A stretch of 64,000 nt of DNA from a virus: positions 64,001 to 128,000 of the IMG/VR virus record IMGVR_UViG_3300008952_000003. One strand, written 5' to 3'. Shown here in pieces: positions 38,249 to 47,605 of the stretch (positions are counted from its first letter, which is position 1; each line of letters begins with the position of its first letter). Position numbers and translations under genes: made by a program. A model generated the notes under the pieces. It ran no database searches, was not told the origin of the DNA, and saw nothing but the letters and a program-made list of their open reading frames with translations.

Positions 38249-38258
38249 ACTACTTAAT
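38249..38258 (+). promoter_or_regulatory. putative late promoter motif ACTACTTAAT (neck / yeaH-spoVR-prkA operon)
   Basis: Lies just after the MCP terminator, 26 nt before ATG 38275; RBS AGGAGG. Confidence 0.6.
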
Positions 38259-38274
38259 CTAGGAGGAAACAACT

Positions 38275-39543
38275 ATGGCGCTACCGACATTAACCCCCGC
38301 AAGCCAGATGAGTAAAGCGATCTTGCCCCCCACGGGCAATGTGAATAACGTTTCCGCCGCTGTACCATATGGAATGTACACCGGATCGGCTGATTTTCTG
38401 TCCGGCGCCTCTGATCAGGTTGCTTATACTTATAAGAAACTGGGCGGCGATGTTTTGGATATCGAATTGAAGGCGGCAAATGTATATGCGAATTATGAAG
38501 AGGCGGTCTTAGAATATAGCTACCTGATAAATCTACATCAGACAAGAAATGTTCTTTCCGATGTCCTCGGCCAGGCAACTGGAACATTCGATCACCATGG
38601 CGAATCAAAAACGGGCCCAGAAAACGTAAATTTAAAATATCCACGAGTCATGTTCGAATACGCCAGGAGAGTTGGTGATGGAATATCTTTTGAAGCTAAC
38701 GTTGGTGGAACTATTCCGATATACTCGGCCTCCTTTAAATTAAAGGAAAATCAGCAGGACTACAATTTGCAATCAATAATCTCATCCTCAGCCGCCTCTG
38801 GCGTAGATCCAACCGGAAATGCCGTTCCATTTGCTGGAATAGTGGGAGATAAAAGAGTTATTGTAAAGAAAGTTTATTATAAGACGCCTCACGCTATGTG
38901 GAGGTTTTTTGGCTATTTTGGGGGCCTCAATGTGGTTGGAAATCTAAATTATTATGGACAGTTTACAGATGATTCATCATTCGAATTGGTGCCGACTTGG
39001 CAAAACAAACTTCAGGCAATGGCCTTTGAAGATAACTTATGGACAAGACTATCTCATTATTCATATGAACTGAAAAATAACCGATTAAGAATATATCCGA
39101 TTCCTCAAATATTGAGTACTTATTTGTATATGTGGGTCGAATTTTCAGTTATACCAAATAGCTGGGATGAGTCACCAGACTATGATTCTGGTACAGATGG
39201 AATTAACAATTTAAATACGGTTCCTTTTGACAACTTACCTTATAAGAATATCAATGCCATCGGAAAGCAGTGGATCAGGCGCTTCGCTCTTGCACTCTCG
39301 AAGGAGACCCTGGGCCAGATAAGAGGAAAGTTTCAGACAATACCAATTCCAGGAGAATCAGTAACTCTCAATGCTACTGATTTGTTATCGCAGGCAAAGG
39401 ATGAGCAAGAAAAATTGAGAACAGAGTTGAAGGAGATTATGGATCAACTGACATATGTGGAGATGGCAAAAAGTGATGCTGAGAAGGTCGAAGCAGTGGG
39501 ATCAATTCAGAAAACAATCCCAAGGCTGATATATCAAGGATAA
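38275..39543 (+). CDS. neck protein (T4 gp13-like)
   Basis: KKLGGDVLDIEL, KQWIRRFALALSKETLGQIRGKF, GESVTLNATDLLSQAKDEQEKL. Confidence 0.8.
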   Translation: MALPTLTPASQMSKAILPPTGNVNNVSAAVPYGMYTGSADFLSGASDQVAYTYKKLGGDVLDIELKAANVYANYEEAVLEYSYLINLHQTRNVLSDVLGQATGTFDHHGESKTGPENVNLKYPRVMFEYARRVGDGISFEANVGGTIPIYSASFKLKENQQDYNLQSIISSSAASGVDPTGNAVPFAGIVGDKRVIVKKVYYKTPHAMWRFFGYFGGLNVVGNLNYYGQFTDDSSFELVPTWQNKLQAMAFEDNLWTRLSHYSYELKNNRLRIYPIPQILSTYLYMWVEFSVIPNSWDESPDYDSGTDGINNLNTVPFDNLPYKNINAIGKQWIRRFALALSKETLGQIRGKFQTIPIPGESVTLNATDLLSQAKDEQEKLRTELKEIMDQLTYVEMAKSDAEKVEAVGSIQKTIPRLIYQG

Positions 39544-39546
39544 AAC

Positions 39547-40422
39547 ATGAGCAGTGAAAAAGAAAAGTTTCAGGGTTTTCGTCCTTATTTTAAGGAAGAC
39601 CTCTTAGATGACAGTCGAGTTCCATTGAAGGAGATCTCCCTGATGCCATCAACAGTGGAAACTATTGATCTGGCCCTTTTTGATTGGGTTAGTGAAACAA
39701 TGGATTTATATTGCACGACCAATGAGGGATGGAAGAAAGTTCCTATTATATGGTCGATGCCCGAGAGATCATTTCAGATAAAAGACAATAAAGATTTGAG
39801 AAATTCTAATAATATCTTCACGCTCCCCGTGATATCAATCGAGAGAAAATCTTTAATAAAGGATCCAAGCATGAAAGGCGTTGCATGGGCCCATTTACCA
39901 CAATATAATGATCCTCGCGGAGGAACTATAGAGGTATCCAGGAGAATTCAGCAAGATAAGACGTCGAACTTTGCTAATGCCACATCGCAAAGAAAGTTTA
40001 AACAGCAAAATTTCCCATTTAATAACAAGAAAGTAGTCTACGAAACGGTCACAATGCCAATTCCCACATATGTGGTAGCAACTTATTCTTTGGTCATTAG
40101 CACTGAATATCAGCAACAAATGAACGAGATTTTTACTCCATTTTTAACGACCACTGGACAAATTAACAATTTCTTTATACATAGAGACGGGCACAAGTTC
40201 GAAGGATTCATTCAGAATGATCCATCTCTGGATAACAATTTATCAGACTTAGCAGAAAAAGAAAGAAAGTTTAAAACTACGATTGATTTAAAAGTATTGG
40301 GGTATTTGTTGAGCGCCGGCAAGAACGACGAACGCCCCAAAATTACGATCAGGGAGAATGCGGTAGAGGTTCGTATGCCGAGAGAGAGAGTTATATTTGG
40401 GGATAAAAAGGAATATAAATAA
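39547..40422 (+). CDS. tail completion / sheath stabiliser (T4 gp15-like)
   Basis: KVPIIWSMPER...TLPVISIER; MPIPTYVVATYSL..STEYQQQMNEI. Confidence 0.7.
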   Translation: MSSEKEKFQGFRPYFKEDLLDDSRVPLKEISLMPSTVETIDLALFDWVSETMDLYCTTNEGWKKVPIIWSMPERSFQIKDNKDLRNSNNIFTLPVISIERKSLIKDPSMKGVAWAHLPQYNDPRGGTIEVSRRIQQDKTSNFANATSQRKFKQQNFPFNNKKVVYETVTMPIPTYVVATYSLVISTEYQQQMNEIFTPFLTTTGQINNFFIHRDGHKFEGFIQNDPSLDNNLSDLAEKERKFKTTIDLKVLGYLLSAGKNDERPKITIRENAVEVRMPRERVIFGDKKEYK

Positions 40423-41255
40423 TGGCGGATGATGAAAAAAAGTGGAGCAGACCGTCGAACCCGCCACCGCCTCTTTTTTTGGGCGAGAGCGAAAGAAACT
40501 TAGTTAAGCAAGTTAACGATGAACTGATAGAGCGAGTCATCGGCCAGGCTATCACTTACCTCCCTATTTCCATGGAGAGGACAAATTTTCATCCACTTTA
40601 CGGCGAAGCGATAGAAAAAAGTTTCATGCCCCCAGTTAGAGTCTACGCGCTTGTGGAATTTCCGGGAATAACCACAACAACTGATCACTATGGGTTGGAT
40701 AAGGAATATCCAATAACGGTTAGATTTCACGAAAGAAGGCTTTTTGAAGATCAGGATTTGTACATCCGAGAAGGTGATTATATTCAATATGGAACATCAT
40801 TTTTTGAAATTGTATCTCTGAAGGAGGACCGCCAGCTTTTTGGCCAGGTTGAACATCTTTTCCAGATCGAGGCCAAATGTATAAAGACCAGAAAAGGACT
40901 CATAGATCTGGATGTGCTCCCACCTGAGACGATTTCTGCAATCATTGAAAGTTCGGACTCTGAATCTGCATCAACCTCTGGCGGCGGCCCATCATCAACA
41001 CCCACCCAGGTCGTGAGAGTGTGCTATGTGAATGATGCTACAGTGCTCCTAGCGGCAGATACGTCGCTCAATGGGTTTCTGGGCGTGGGAGAATTGTCAC
41101 TTACCACCGCAGCAGTATATGAAGACGGCCTGCGTCAAAAATTAACAGGACTCCCGGCAACTGGTGATTATTATATCGATGATGGCACCTTGTATAGTGT
41201 TATGGATATTGAGATCGACCAACGTGTTTTATTGGAGGTCTTGACTTTGGTATGA
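40422..41255 (+). CDS. head completion / neck protein (T4 gp14-like) with a C-terminal extension
   Basis: ERNLVKQVNDELIERVIGQAITYLPI...LYGEA, REGDYIQY..FFEIV; about 110 extra aa after a Ser/Gly linker. Confidence 0.75.
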   Translation: MADDEKKWSRPSNPPPPLFLGESERNLVKQVNDELIERVIGQAITYLPISMERTNFHPLYGEAIEKSFMPPVRVYALVEFPGITTTTDHYGLDKEYPITVRFHERRLFEDQDLYIREGDYIQYGTSFFEIVSLKEDRQLFGQVEHLFQIEAKCIKTRKGLIDLDVLPPETISAIIESSDSESASTSGGGPSSTPTQVVRVCYVNDATVLLAADTSLNGFLGVGELSLTTAAVYEDGLRQKLTGLPATGDYYIDDGTLYSVMDIEIDQRVLLEVLTLV

Positions 41256-42460
41256 GTACTTTTCGTGAACATAAATCAGTTGCAGACCGGTCGGCATCGG
41301 ACAGGAAGAGACACAAACATAAGATCGAGAAAGCACTCCGAGAGGGAATCAAGGATGTAGTCGCCGATGAATCCATTATCGGCCAGGACGGCAAAAAGAG
41401 AATAAAGATTCCAGTAAAAGGAATCAAGGAATATCAATTTATATATGGTGAGAATAAAGACAATAATAAAGCCGGCTCAGCCGGCGATAAACAAGTCAAA
41501 AAGGGTCAAATTTTAAGAAAAAAGCCACGAAAGGGAAAAGGCAAAGCCCCCGGTAAGAAAGGCAGTGACGAGCCGGGAGAAGAATATTACGAAGTAGAAA
41601 TAACTCTAGAAGAGTTGGCAGAATATTTATTTGATAATTTGGATTTGCCTGATTTACAAAAAAAGAAGTTTAGGTTTATTAAAGATAAAAAACTCAAAAG
41701 ACGCGGCTACCGAAAGAAGGGAATCAGAACTAGACTATCGAAGAAAGAAACGATAAAAAGAAAGATAAGAAGAAAAAAGAGAGCCATAGCTTCCGGAGCC
41801 TTTGATCCCGAGGGTGAAGAGAGATTCCCATTCCACCAGGATGACTTGAAATATAAACATATGAAAATAAAGAATGTTGAGAATAGCTCAGCAGTCGTCT
41901 TCTTTCTTATGGATGTATCAGGGTCTATGGACAAAAATAAGAAATATTTAGCACGAAGTTTTTATTTCCTACTGTATCAGTTCTTGAGATATCGATATGA
42001 GAATATTGATGTGGTTTTTATATCTCATTCAACAGAAGCTAAGGAAGTTGGCGAATCGGAATTCTTTGAAAGGGCCACTTCCGGAGGAACTCTAATGTCT
42101 TCAGCCCTCCAGATGGAAAAAGACATCATAGAGAAAAGATATCATCCGTCTTCATGGAATATTTATACTTTTTATTGCGGCGACGGAGAAAATTGGACCA
42201 TTGATAATGCAAAATCAATAGACTTGATAAAGTCGTTGGCAGAGGTTAATCAAATGGTGTGCTATGCAGAAATTAATCCGTTCTTCGCTTCCGGGTCAGA
42301 TAATGATACATTTTTTGTGTTACGCCCGGAAAATGACCCTAATAGTATTTGGTCACGCTTAGGAGTACTTGAAGGTGGGAACATAAAGATGGTAAGAATG
42401 GCCACTCCCGAAGATATCTGGCCATCTTTTCAGAAACTGTTTGGGGGTGATATTTCATGA
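41252..42460 (+). CDS. yeaH: YeaH/YhbH (DUF444) vWA-domain protein
   Basis: DRKRH..KI, IKIPVKGIKEYQF, YEVEITLEELAEYLF..LDLPDL, MIDAS MDVSGSM, GGT, GDGEN. Confidence 0.92.
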   Translation: MSTFREHKSVADRSASDRKRHKHKIEKALREGIKDVVADESIIGQDGKKRIKIPVKGIKEYQFIYGENKDNNKAGSAGDKQVKKGQILRKKPRKGKGKAPGKKGSDEPGEEYYEVEITLEELAEYLFDNLDLPDLQKKKFRFIKDKKLKRRGYRKKGIRTRLSKKETIKRKIRRKKRAIASGAFDPEGEERFPFHQDDLKYKHMKIKNVENSSAVVFFLMDVSGSMDKNKKYLARSFYFLLYQFLRYRYENIDVVFISHSTEAKEVGESEFFERATSGGTLMSSALQMEKDIIEKRYHPSSWNIYTFYCGDGENWTIDNAKSIDLIKSLAEVNQMVCYAEINPFFASGSDNDTFFVLRPENDPNSIWSRLGVLEGGNIKMVRMATPEDIWPSFQKLFGGDIS

Positions 42461-43758
42461 GGGACTGGACTGTAAAAGAATTACAAAAATGGGATAAAGA
42501 AATTTGCAAAATAGCAAAAGAAAAATATGATCTTGATTGGTTCCCAATAGAATATGAGATATTGGATTATCATGAGATGTTGAGTTCTATGGCGTACAGT
42601 GGCCTGCCGACTCACTATCGACATTGGTCATTCGGAAAAGCGTTCGAGAGGACCTCTACTCGCTACAACTTGGGAATGGAGGGTCTGCCATACGAGATGA
42701 TCATTAATAGCGATCCTAGCATTGCCTATTTGATGCTTGAGAATCCAATGAGTATACATTTACTAACAATGGCACACTGTGTGGGTCATTCTGATTTTTT
42801 TAAAAATAATCGCATGTTTAAAGATACGGATCCTGCAAATATCATATCTAAATTTAAATCAGCATCAAAAAGAGTAAGGGATTATATCGAAGATCCAAGT
42901 ATTGGAATTGATAAAGTAGAGGCAATGTTGGATGCATGCCACTCAATACAGTATCAAGTACAAAGGACTCCTGGAATAATAAGAGATGCGGATACTGACA
43001 AAAAAGAAACAGAAAATAATAGTAAAAAAATAATAAATGAATTATTTCATTTCGAAAACTTGAAGGATTATAATTTGCTTGGCTTCATAAAAGAGAACTC
43101 TCGCAATTTGGAGGACTGGCAAAGAGATTTGGTGGGGATGGTTGAGAGGAGGTCTCAATATTTTATTCCACAAGCGAAAACAAAGATCATGAACGAAGGC
43201 TGGGCAGTCACAATTCATGAAAAGATCATGAACGATTTAAAACTACCAGACAAATATCAAATAGCTTTTTTGAAATCGCATAATCAAGTTGTGAGGCCGG
43301 TAGTTGGCAGAATTAATCCATATCACCTTGGATATAGCATGTTCAAGAAGATAGAGAAGCAGCGCGGATTTGAGGAGTGTAAGCTGGTTCGAGAGACGCA
43401 TGACGACGAGGCTTTTATAAGGAAATACTTAGATGAAGAATTGTGCAGAGAGCTAAATCTATTCAGTTATTCCTACAATAGACTGGGAAGAAAATACTCA
43501 ATTAGTGATATTTCTGACAAAGAAGGGTGGAAAAGCGTGAGAGACGCCCTAATTAGCAATGTGGGACTTAACAGCGTGCCCGTTGTTTATGTCGATAAGT
43601 TTAATAAGAAAATGAATATCCTTTATTTGAAACACGAGCATGACGGCAGAGATCTGGAGATCAAATATGCAAACAAGGTGTATGATCATATTAGATTTTT
43701 GTGGGATGATGATATAATATTTACTTCCATTTTGGAAGGTGAACTATGGGAATTTTAA
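42457..43758 (+). CDS. spoVR: SpoVR/YcgB family protein
   Basis: GLPTHYRHWSFGKAF, GLPYEMIINSDPSIAYLM, AHCVGHSDFFKNN, KTKIMNEGWA, NPYHLG. Confidence 0.93.
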   Translation: MRDWTVKELQKWDKEICKIAKEKYDLDWFPIEYEILDYHEMLSSMAYSGLPTHYRHWSFGKAFERTSTRYNLGMEGLPYEMIINSDPSIAYLMLENPMSIHLLTMAHCVGHSDFFKNNRMFKDTDPANIISKFKSASKRVRDYIEDPSIGIDKVEAMLDACHSIQYQVQRTPGIIRDADTDKKETENNSKKIINELFHFENLKDYNLLGFIKENSRNLEDWQRDLVGMVERRSQYFIPQAKTKIMNEGWAVTIHEKIMNDLKLPDKYQIAFLKSHNQVVRPVVGRINPYHLGYSMFKKIEKQRGFEECKLVRETHDDEAFIRKYLDEELCRELNLFSYSYNRLGRKYSISDISDKEGWKSVRDALISNVGLNSVPVVYVDKFNKKMNILYLKHEHDGRDLEIKYANKVYDHIRFLWDDDIIFTSILEGELWEF

Positions 43759-43759
43759 G

Positions 43760-45694
43760 ATGACAAAAACAAATGAATTTTTAGATATCGTTGAGAAGAG
43801 AAGCAAGGAAAAAAAGAGAAGTAAGTTTTCTGGTGCTTTTTCCGACTATTTGGATTTGGTGGAAGAAGACAGAGGAATTTCCATCTTGGCTCACAGAAGG
43901 CTATATGATACAATAAAATCCTACGGAATAACAAGAATGACGCCAGATGACGGCCGCTGCGCAAATCTATTTAATGGCGAAAAAATAAGAACCTACGACT
44001 ATTTTCAGTCCAATTTCTTTGGTATGGAGAGGTCCTTGGCTAAAATTATGAGATATTTGCACTCTGCGGCCATGCGAGGCGAGGAGAGCAAGCAAGTTCT
44101 TCTTCTGCTGGGCCCAGTTGGGGCTGGAAAATCTGCTCTAATCGAACATATCAAACGCGCTTTGGAGTCTGCAGGCTCATTTTATCAAATAGGTGGTTGT
44201 CCGATTCAAGAGGAGCCGCTACATTTGGTTCCGAGGAGCTTGAGGGAGGAATTTAAGAATATTTATGGGATCTCGATTGAGGGAGATTTGTGTCCCGTCT
44301 GTCGACATAATTTGCTAAATGAGTACGACGGTGATTATTTAAACATGCCAGTGGTTGAGACGACTTTCTCAATAAGGGGTCGCAGAGGTATCGGAGTTGT
44401 TCCGCCGATGGACGCAAATACTCAAGATACCAGCATCTTGATAGGCTCTGAGGATATTTCTAAGTTAGATTTGTATCCCGAAGACGACCCGAGAGCCCTG
44501 AGTTTTAATGGGGCCTTTAATGTCGGAAATCGAGGGATTGTTGAGTTTGTAGAGGTATTCAAAAATGAGATAGAATTTCTCCACACCATGATCACAGCAA
44601 CGCAAGAGAAGGCTATTCCAAGCCCCGGAAAGGGCGCCATGATTTATTTCGATGGGGTTATATTAGCTCACTGCAATGAGGCAGAATGGAATAAGTTTAA
44701 ATCAGAGAACACCAATGAGGCTATTCTAGATAGAATTGTTAGAGTGAATGTTCCATATTGCCTTGAGGTCACAGAAGAACAGAAGATATATCAAAAAATG
44801 CTCGATGAGTCTGATTTTGATGCACATATTGCACCACACACGCTTGAAATTGCAGCAATGTTCGCTGTACTATCCCGTCTAAAGATCTCCAACAAGGTTG
44901 ATCCCATTACAAAGATGAAGATTTACAATGGGGAGGAAATTGTTGAGAAGGGATATATTAAGAAAATCGATATTAATGATCTCAGAGAAGAGGCGAGAGA
45001 TGAGGGAATGACTGGCCTCTCAACTAGATTCATAATGAAATCAATCGACGCCGCTTTGGCCGATTCGGATAGAAATATGGTTACTCCTATATCAATTCGA
45101 GATGCTCTGGTGAAACAAGTCAAAGAACAAGTTGTCGTCGAAGAGCTAAGAGAAAAGTATCTATCATTTCTCCAGAAAGAGCTTCACGATGAATATTTGA
45201 GAATACTAGAAAAAGAAATAACCAAAGCTTTTGTTTCTGCGTATAAAGAGCAGGCTGAATCACTCTTTGACAATTATCTTGATCATGCTGAAGCGTATGT
45301 CAACGCCACAAAGGTGAAGGATAACATCACCGGAGAGGAGATGGTCGCTGATGAGGAATTTTTGTGCTCCATTGAAGAGCAAATTGGTATTGTCGGCTCG
45401 GCACGAGAAAACTTCAGAGCAGATATAACTGCTTATATGTTTGCCAAGTTGAGAAGAAAAGAGAAAATTGACTGGAGAGCATACGGCCCGCTTAAAGAAG
45501 CAATCGAGAACAAACTATTGGATTCGGTGAGAGACATATCCAGAATTGTGACTAAATCAAAGTCCAGAGACAATAAGCAGAAAAAGAAATACAATGAGAT
45601 GGTCAAGACTCTCATTGAGGACTATGGATATAGCGAAGATTCTGCAAATGAAATTATTAAATATGCCTCGAATAATCTCTGGCGCGATAGCTAA
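43760..45694 (+). CDS. prkA: PrkA/YeaG family AAA+ ATPase / serine kinase
   Basis: Likely start ATG 43760 (ORF open from 43739); FFGMERSL, LLLLGPVGAGKS, CPIQEEPLHLVP, NRGIVEFVEVFK, HCNEAEW, EAILDRIV. Confidence 0.93.
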   Translation: MTKTNEFLDIVEKRSKEKKRSKFSGAFSDYLDLVEEDRGISILAHRRLYDTIKSYGITRMTPDDGRCANLFNGEKIRTYDYFQSNFFGMERSLAKIMRYLHSAAMRGEESKQVLLLLGPVGAGKSALIEHIKRALESAGSFYQIGGCPIQEEPLHLVPRSLREEFKNIYGISIEGDLCPVCRHNLLNEYDGDYLNMPVVETTFSIRGRRGIGVVPPMDANTQDTSILIGSEDISKLDLYPEDDPRALSFNGAFNVGNRGIVEFVEVFKNEIEFLHTMITATQEKAIPSPGKGAMIYFDGVILAHCNEAEWNKFKSENTNEAILDRIVRVNVPYCLEVTEEQKIYQKMLDESDFDAHIAPHTLEIAAMFAVLSRLKISNKVDPITKMKIYNGEEIVEKGYIKKIDINDLREEARDEGMTGLSTRFIMKSIDAALADSDRNMVTPISIRDALVKQVKEQVVVEELREKYLSFLQKELHDEYLRILEKEITKAFVSAYKEQAESLFDNYLDHAEAYVNATKVKDNITGEEMVADEEFLCSIEEQIGIVGSARENFRADITAYMFAKLRRKEKIDWRAYGPLKEAIENKLLDSVRDISRIVTKSKSRDNKQKKKYNEMVKTLIEDYGYSEDSANEIIKYASNNLWRDS

Positions 45695-45721
45695 GATATT
45701 TTAAAAAATAGTATTTAAAAT

Positions 45722-45757
45722 AAGCCCCTTATTTCATTTAGAAAAGGGGCTTCTTTG
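45722..45757 (+). terminator. intrinsic terminator after prkA
   Basis: aagcccctt (45722-45730) / aaggggctt (45744-45752), then ctttg. Confidence 0.7.
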
Positions 45758-45889
45758 TGTCTTTTCGATATCGGACTCTCTATGTATTCCCGGACAAGGA
45801 TATAAATCACTCTCGTCCCTGGTTTCTTTAACAATGTTTATCGAAACTGGCATATTTTAATTTCAAAACAATAAGGAGAAAATAACAAT

Positions 45890-47020
45890 ATGGCTAAAAC
45901 AAGAATTAATGTCCGTCAGGTCGACCTGGAACTTGCAGGTGGAGCCTCGGACTATGAAACAATGGCAGAAGCAGTCGCCGCAGAGGGCGCAGCCCTCGTT
46001 GGTAAGCTGGTTCCTGCTAAGTTTGACCCAAAATATTTGGGTGTTAGTCTTTCTGTCGCCGATTATGACGGTGCAGCATCTGACTATACAATCGTAAACA
46101 AGGGAGTACTGACCTCCCTGTCAGCCTCAATCACGGCTACCACAGACCTCCACATGAGCTACCTGAACGCCGATTATAATGCCCTCCTGACGGCTTCGGC
46201 TGAACGTGCAGCACTTCAGGCTGATATTGATCAGAACGAAGCAGACGCAGACGCAGCAATCGCAGCACTTCAAGCTGACGTTGATCAGAACGAAACAGAC
46301 GGCGATACCGATCGCGCAGCAATTCGCTCTGAATTCGCAGCAGCAGATGCAATCCAGTGGAAGAACGTGCTAGGCGCCGTAGGCGCAGTTCAAGCTGACG
46401 TTGATCAGAACGAAACAGACGGCGATACCGATCGCGCAGCAATTCGCTCTGAATTCGCAGCAGCAGATACAGCAATTCTGCTCCAAATCGCTACGAACCT
46501 AACAAACGGTACCGCAGCCCTCGCAGCAGTTCAAGCTGACGTTGACGGTAACGAAGCAGACGCTGACGCAGCAGACGCAGTTCTCCAGGGTCAGATTACA
46601 TCTAACGATGCCGACATCGCTACGAACGCCGCCGACATCGCAACAGAGACAGCACGCGCTCTTGCAGCAGAAGCAGTTAATGCTGGCTTGATTAGTGCAG
46701 AAGCGACTCGCGCTACTGCAGCAGAAGGTGTACTCACCACAGATGTGTTGGAACTCAACGCTGATGTCCTCGCACTTCACGGAAGACACTTCAGAGCAAG
46801 TAGTGTTGTAGTTGCAGGAGGCGCCCATGGTGTTTCTGTTTCTCCAGCAGACGCAGGCTCGTTGCAAGTATTTGTTAACGGTCTACTTAAAGTGGCTGGA
46901 GACGATTACACTGTAACTGCAGACGGAAACGGTTCTGTTACTGACGTTAGTGTTCTTGGTTGTGAAGCAGGTGATGATGTCACCGTCATGGGTCAAGGAT
47001 ACGTGTCTCTAACATCGTAA
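45890..47020 (+). CDS. repeat-rich coiled-coil virion fibre protein
   Basis: QADVDQNE(A/T)D repeats, ETARALAAE/EATRATAAE, C-terminal LQVFVNGLLKVAGDDYTV; RBS TAAGGAG. Confidence 0.75.
   Translation: MAKTRINVRQVDLELAGGASDYETMAEAVAAEGAALVGKLVPAKFDPKYLGVSLSVADYDGAASDYTIVNKGVLTSLSASITATTDLHMSYLNADYNALLTASAERAALQADIDQNEADADAAIAALQADVDQNETDGDTDRAAIRSEFAAADAIQWKNVLGAVGAVQADVDQNETDGDTDRAAIRSEFAAADTAILLQIATNLTNGTAALAAVQADVDGNEADADAADAVLQGQITSNDADIATNAADIATETARALAAEAVNAGLISAEATRATAAEGVLTTDVLELNADVLALHGRHFRASSVVVAGGAHGVSVSPADAGSLQVFVNGLLKVAGDDYTVTADGNGSVTDVSVLGCEAGDDVTVMGQGYVSLTS
46269..46468 (+). repeat. 80-bp exact direct repeat, period 120 bp (QADVDQNETDGDTDRAAIRSEFAAAD)
   Basis: 46269-46348 is identical to 46389-46468; degenerate copies lie near 46212 and 46530. 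Confidence 0.92.
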
Positions 47021-47065
47021 TCTAAATCATTAATGTGATATTCCAATTTTATTGAAATATTGCTT

Positions 47066-47099
47066 GGCCCTCCCAAATTAATGGGAGGGCCTTTTTTTT
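47066..47099 (+). terminator. intrinsic terminator
   Basis: ggccctccca / tgggagggcc followed by T8. Confidence 0.9.
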
Positions 47100-47102
47100 A
47101 AA

Positions 47103-47110
47103 ACTATTTA
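47103..47110 (+). promoter_or_regulatory. putative late promoter motif ACTATTTA
   Basis: Lies directly after the terminator, 38 nt before ATG 47141. Confidence 0.55.
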
Positions 47111-47140
47111 AAATTGATTGCATGTCAAGGAGTCACAAAC

Positions 47141-47515
47141 ATGTTCGAGAAAATAAGAAACTTTTTTAACCCTGCTAGTAAGGCTGAATCGGAAGAAGAA
47201 GTCTCCGAAGAGTTAATCCAGGAGCCCAAGCCAGAAATACCAGATACGCTTGAGGTCCCATGGGAAGACATAGTTCAATTGAAGAATATCGATATCGCCA
47301 GAAAGAAGGTCTATAGCCAGTTAAAAGAGTTATTATATAATGCGAAGCTTGCTGAAAGAAACGCTTTTCAGACCTTGGACGCCTATCGAGACATCGAGAA
47401 AGAAAAGCTAGAAAAACTGCATGAAAAATACAAAATCCCAGCAGATGGGAGCTACGACTTCGAATTACCAGAGGTAACGGGCAAGCGAGGATACTTTAAG
47501 AAAAGAAATAAGTAG
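47141..47515 (+). CDS. hypothetical protein
   Basis: AAGGAG RBS before ATG 47141 (the ORF track starts at TTG 47114). Confidence 0.7.
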   Translation: MFEKIRNFFNPASKAESEEEVSEELIQEPKPEIPDTLEVPWEDIVQLKNIDIARKKVYSQLKELLYNAKLAERNAFQTLDAYRDIEKEKLEKLHEKYKIPADGSYDFELPEVTGKRGYFKKRNK

Positions 47516-47557
47516 ACTCATTCTAGAATATTTAATATGACTTTGAAAAAATAATAA

Positions 47558-47567
47558 ACTATTTATA
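47558..47567 (+). promoter_or_regulatory. putative late promoter motif ACTATTTATA
   Basis: 48 nt before the sheath ATG. Confidence 0.6.
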
Positions 47568-47605
47568 GTATAACAGGATTTTATTTCCCGTAGGAGAAAA
47601 TTTAA

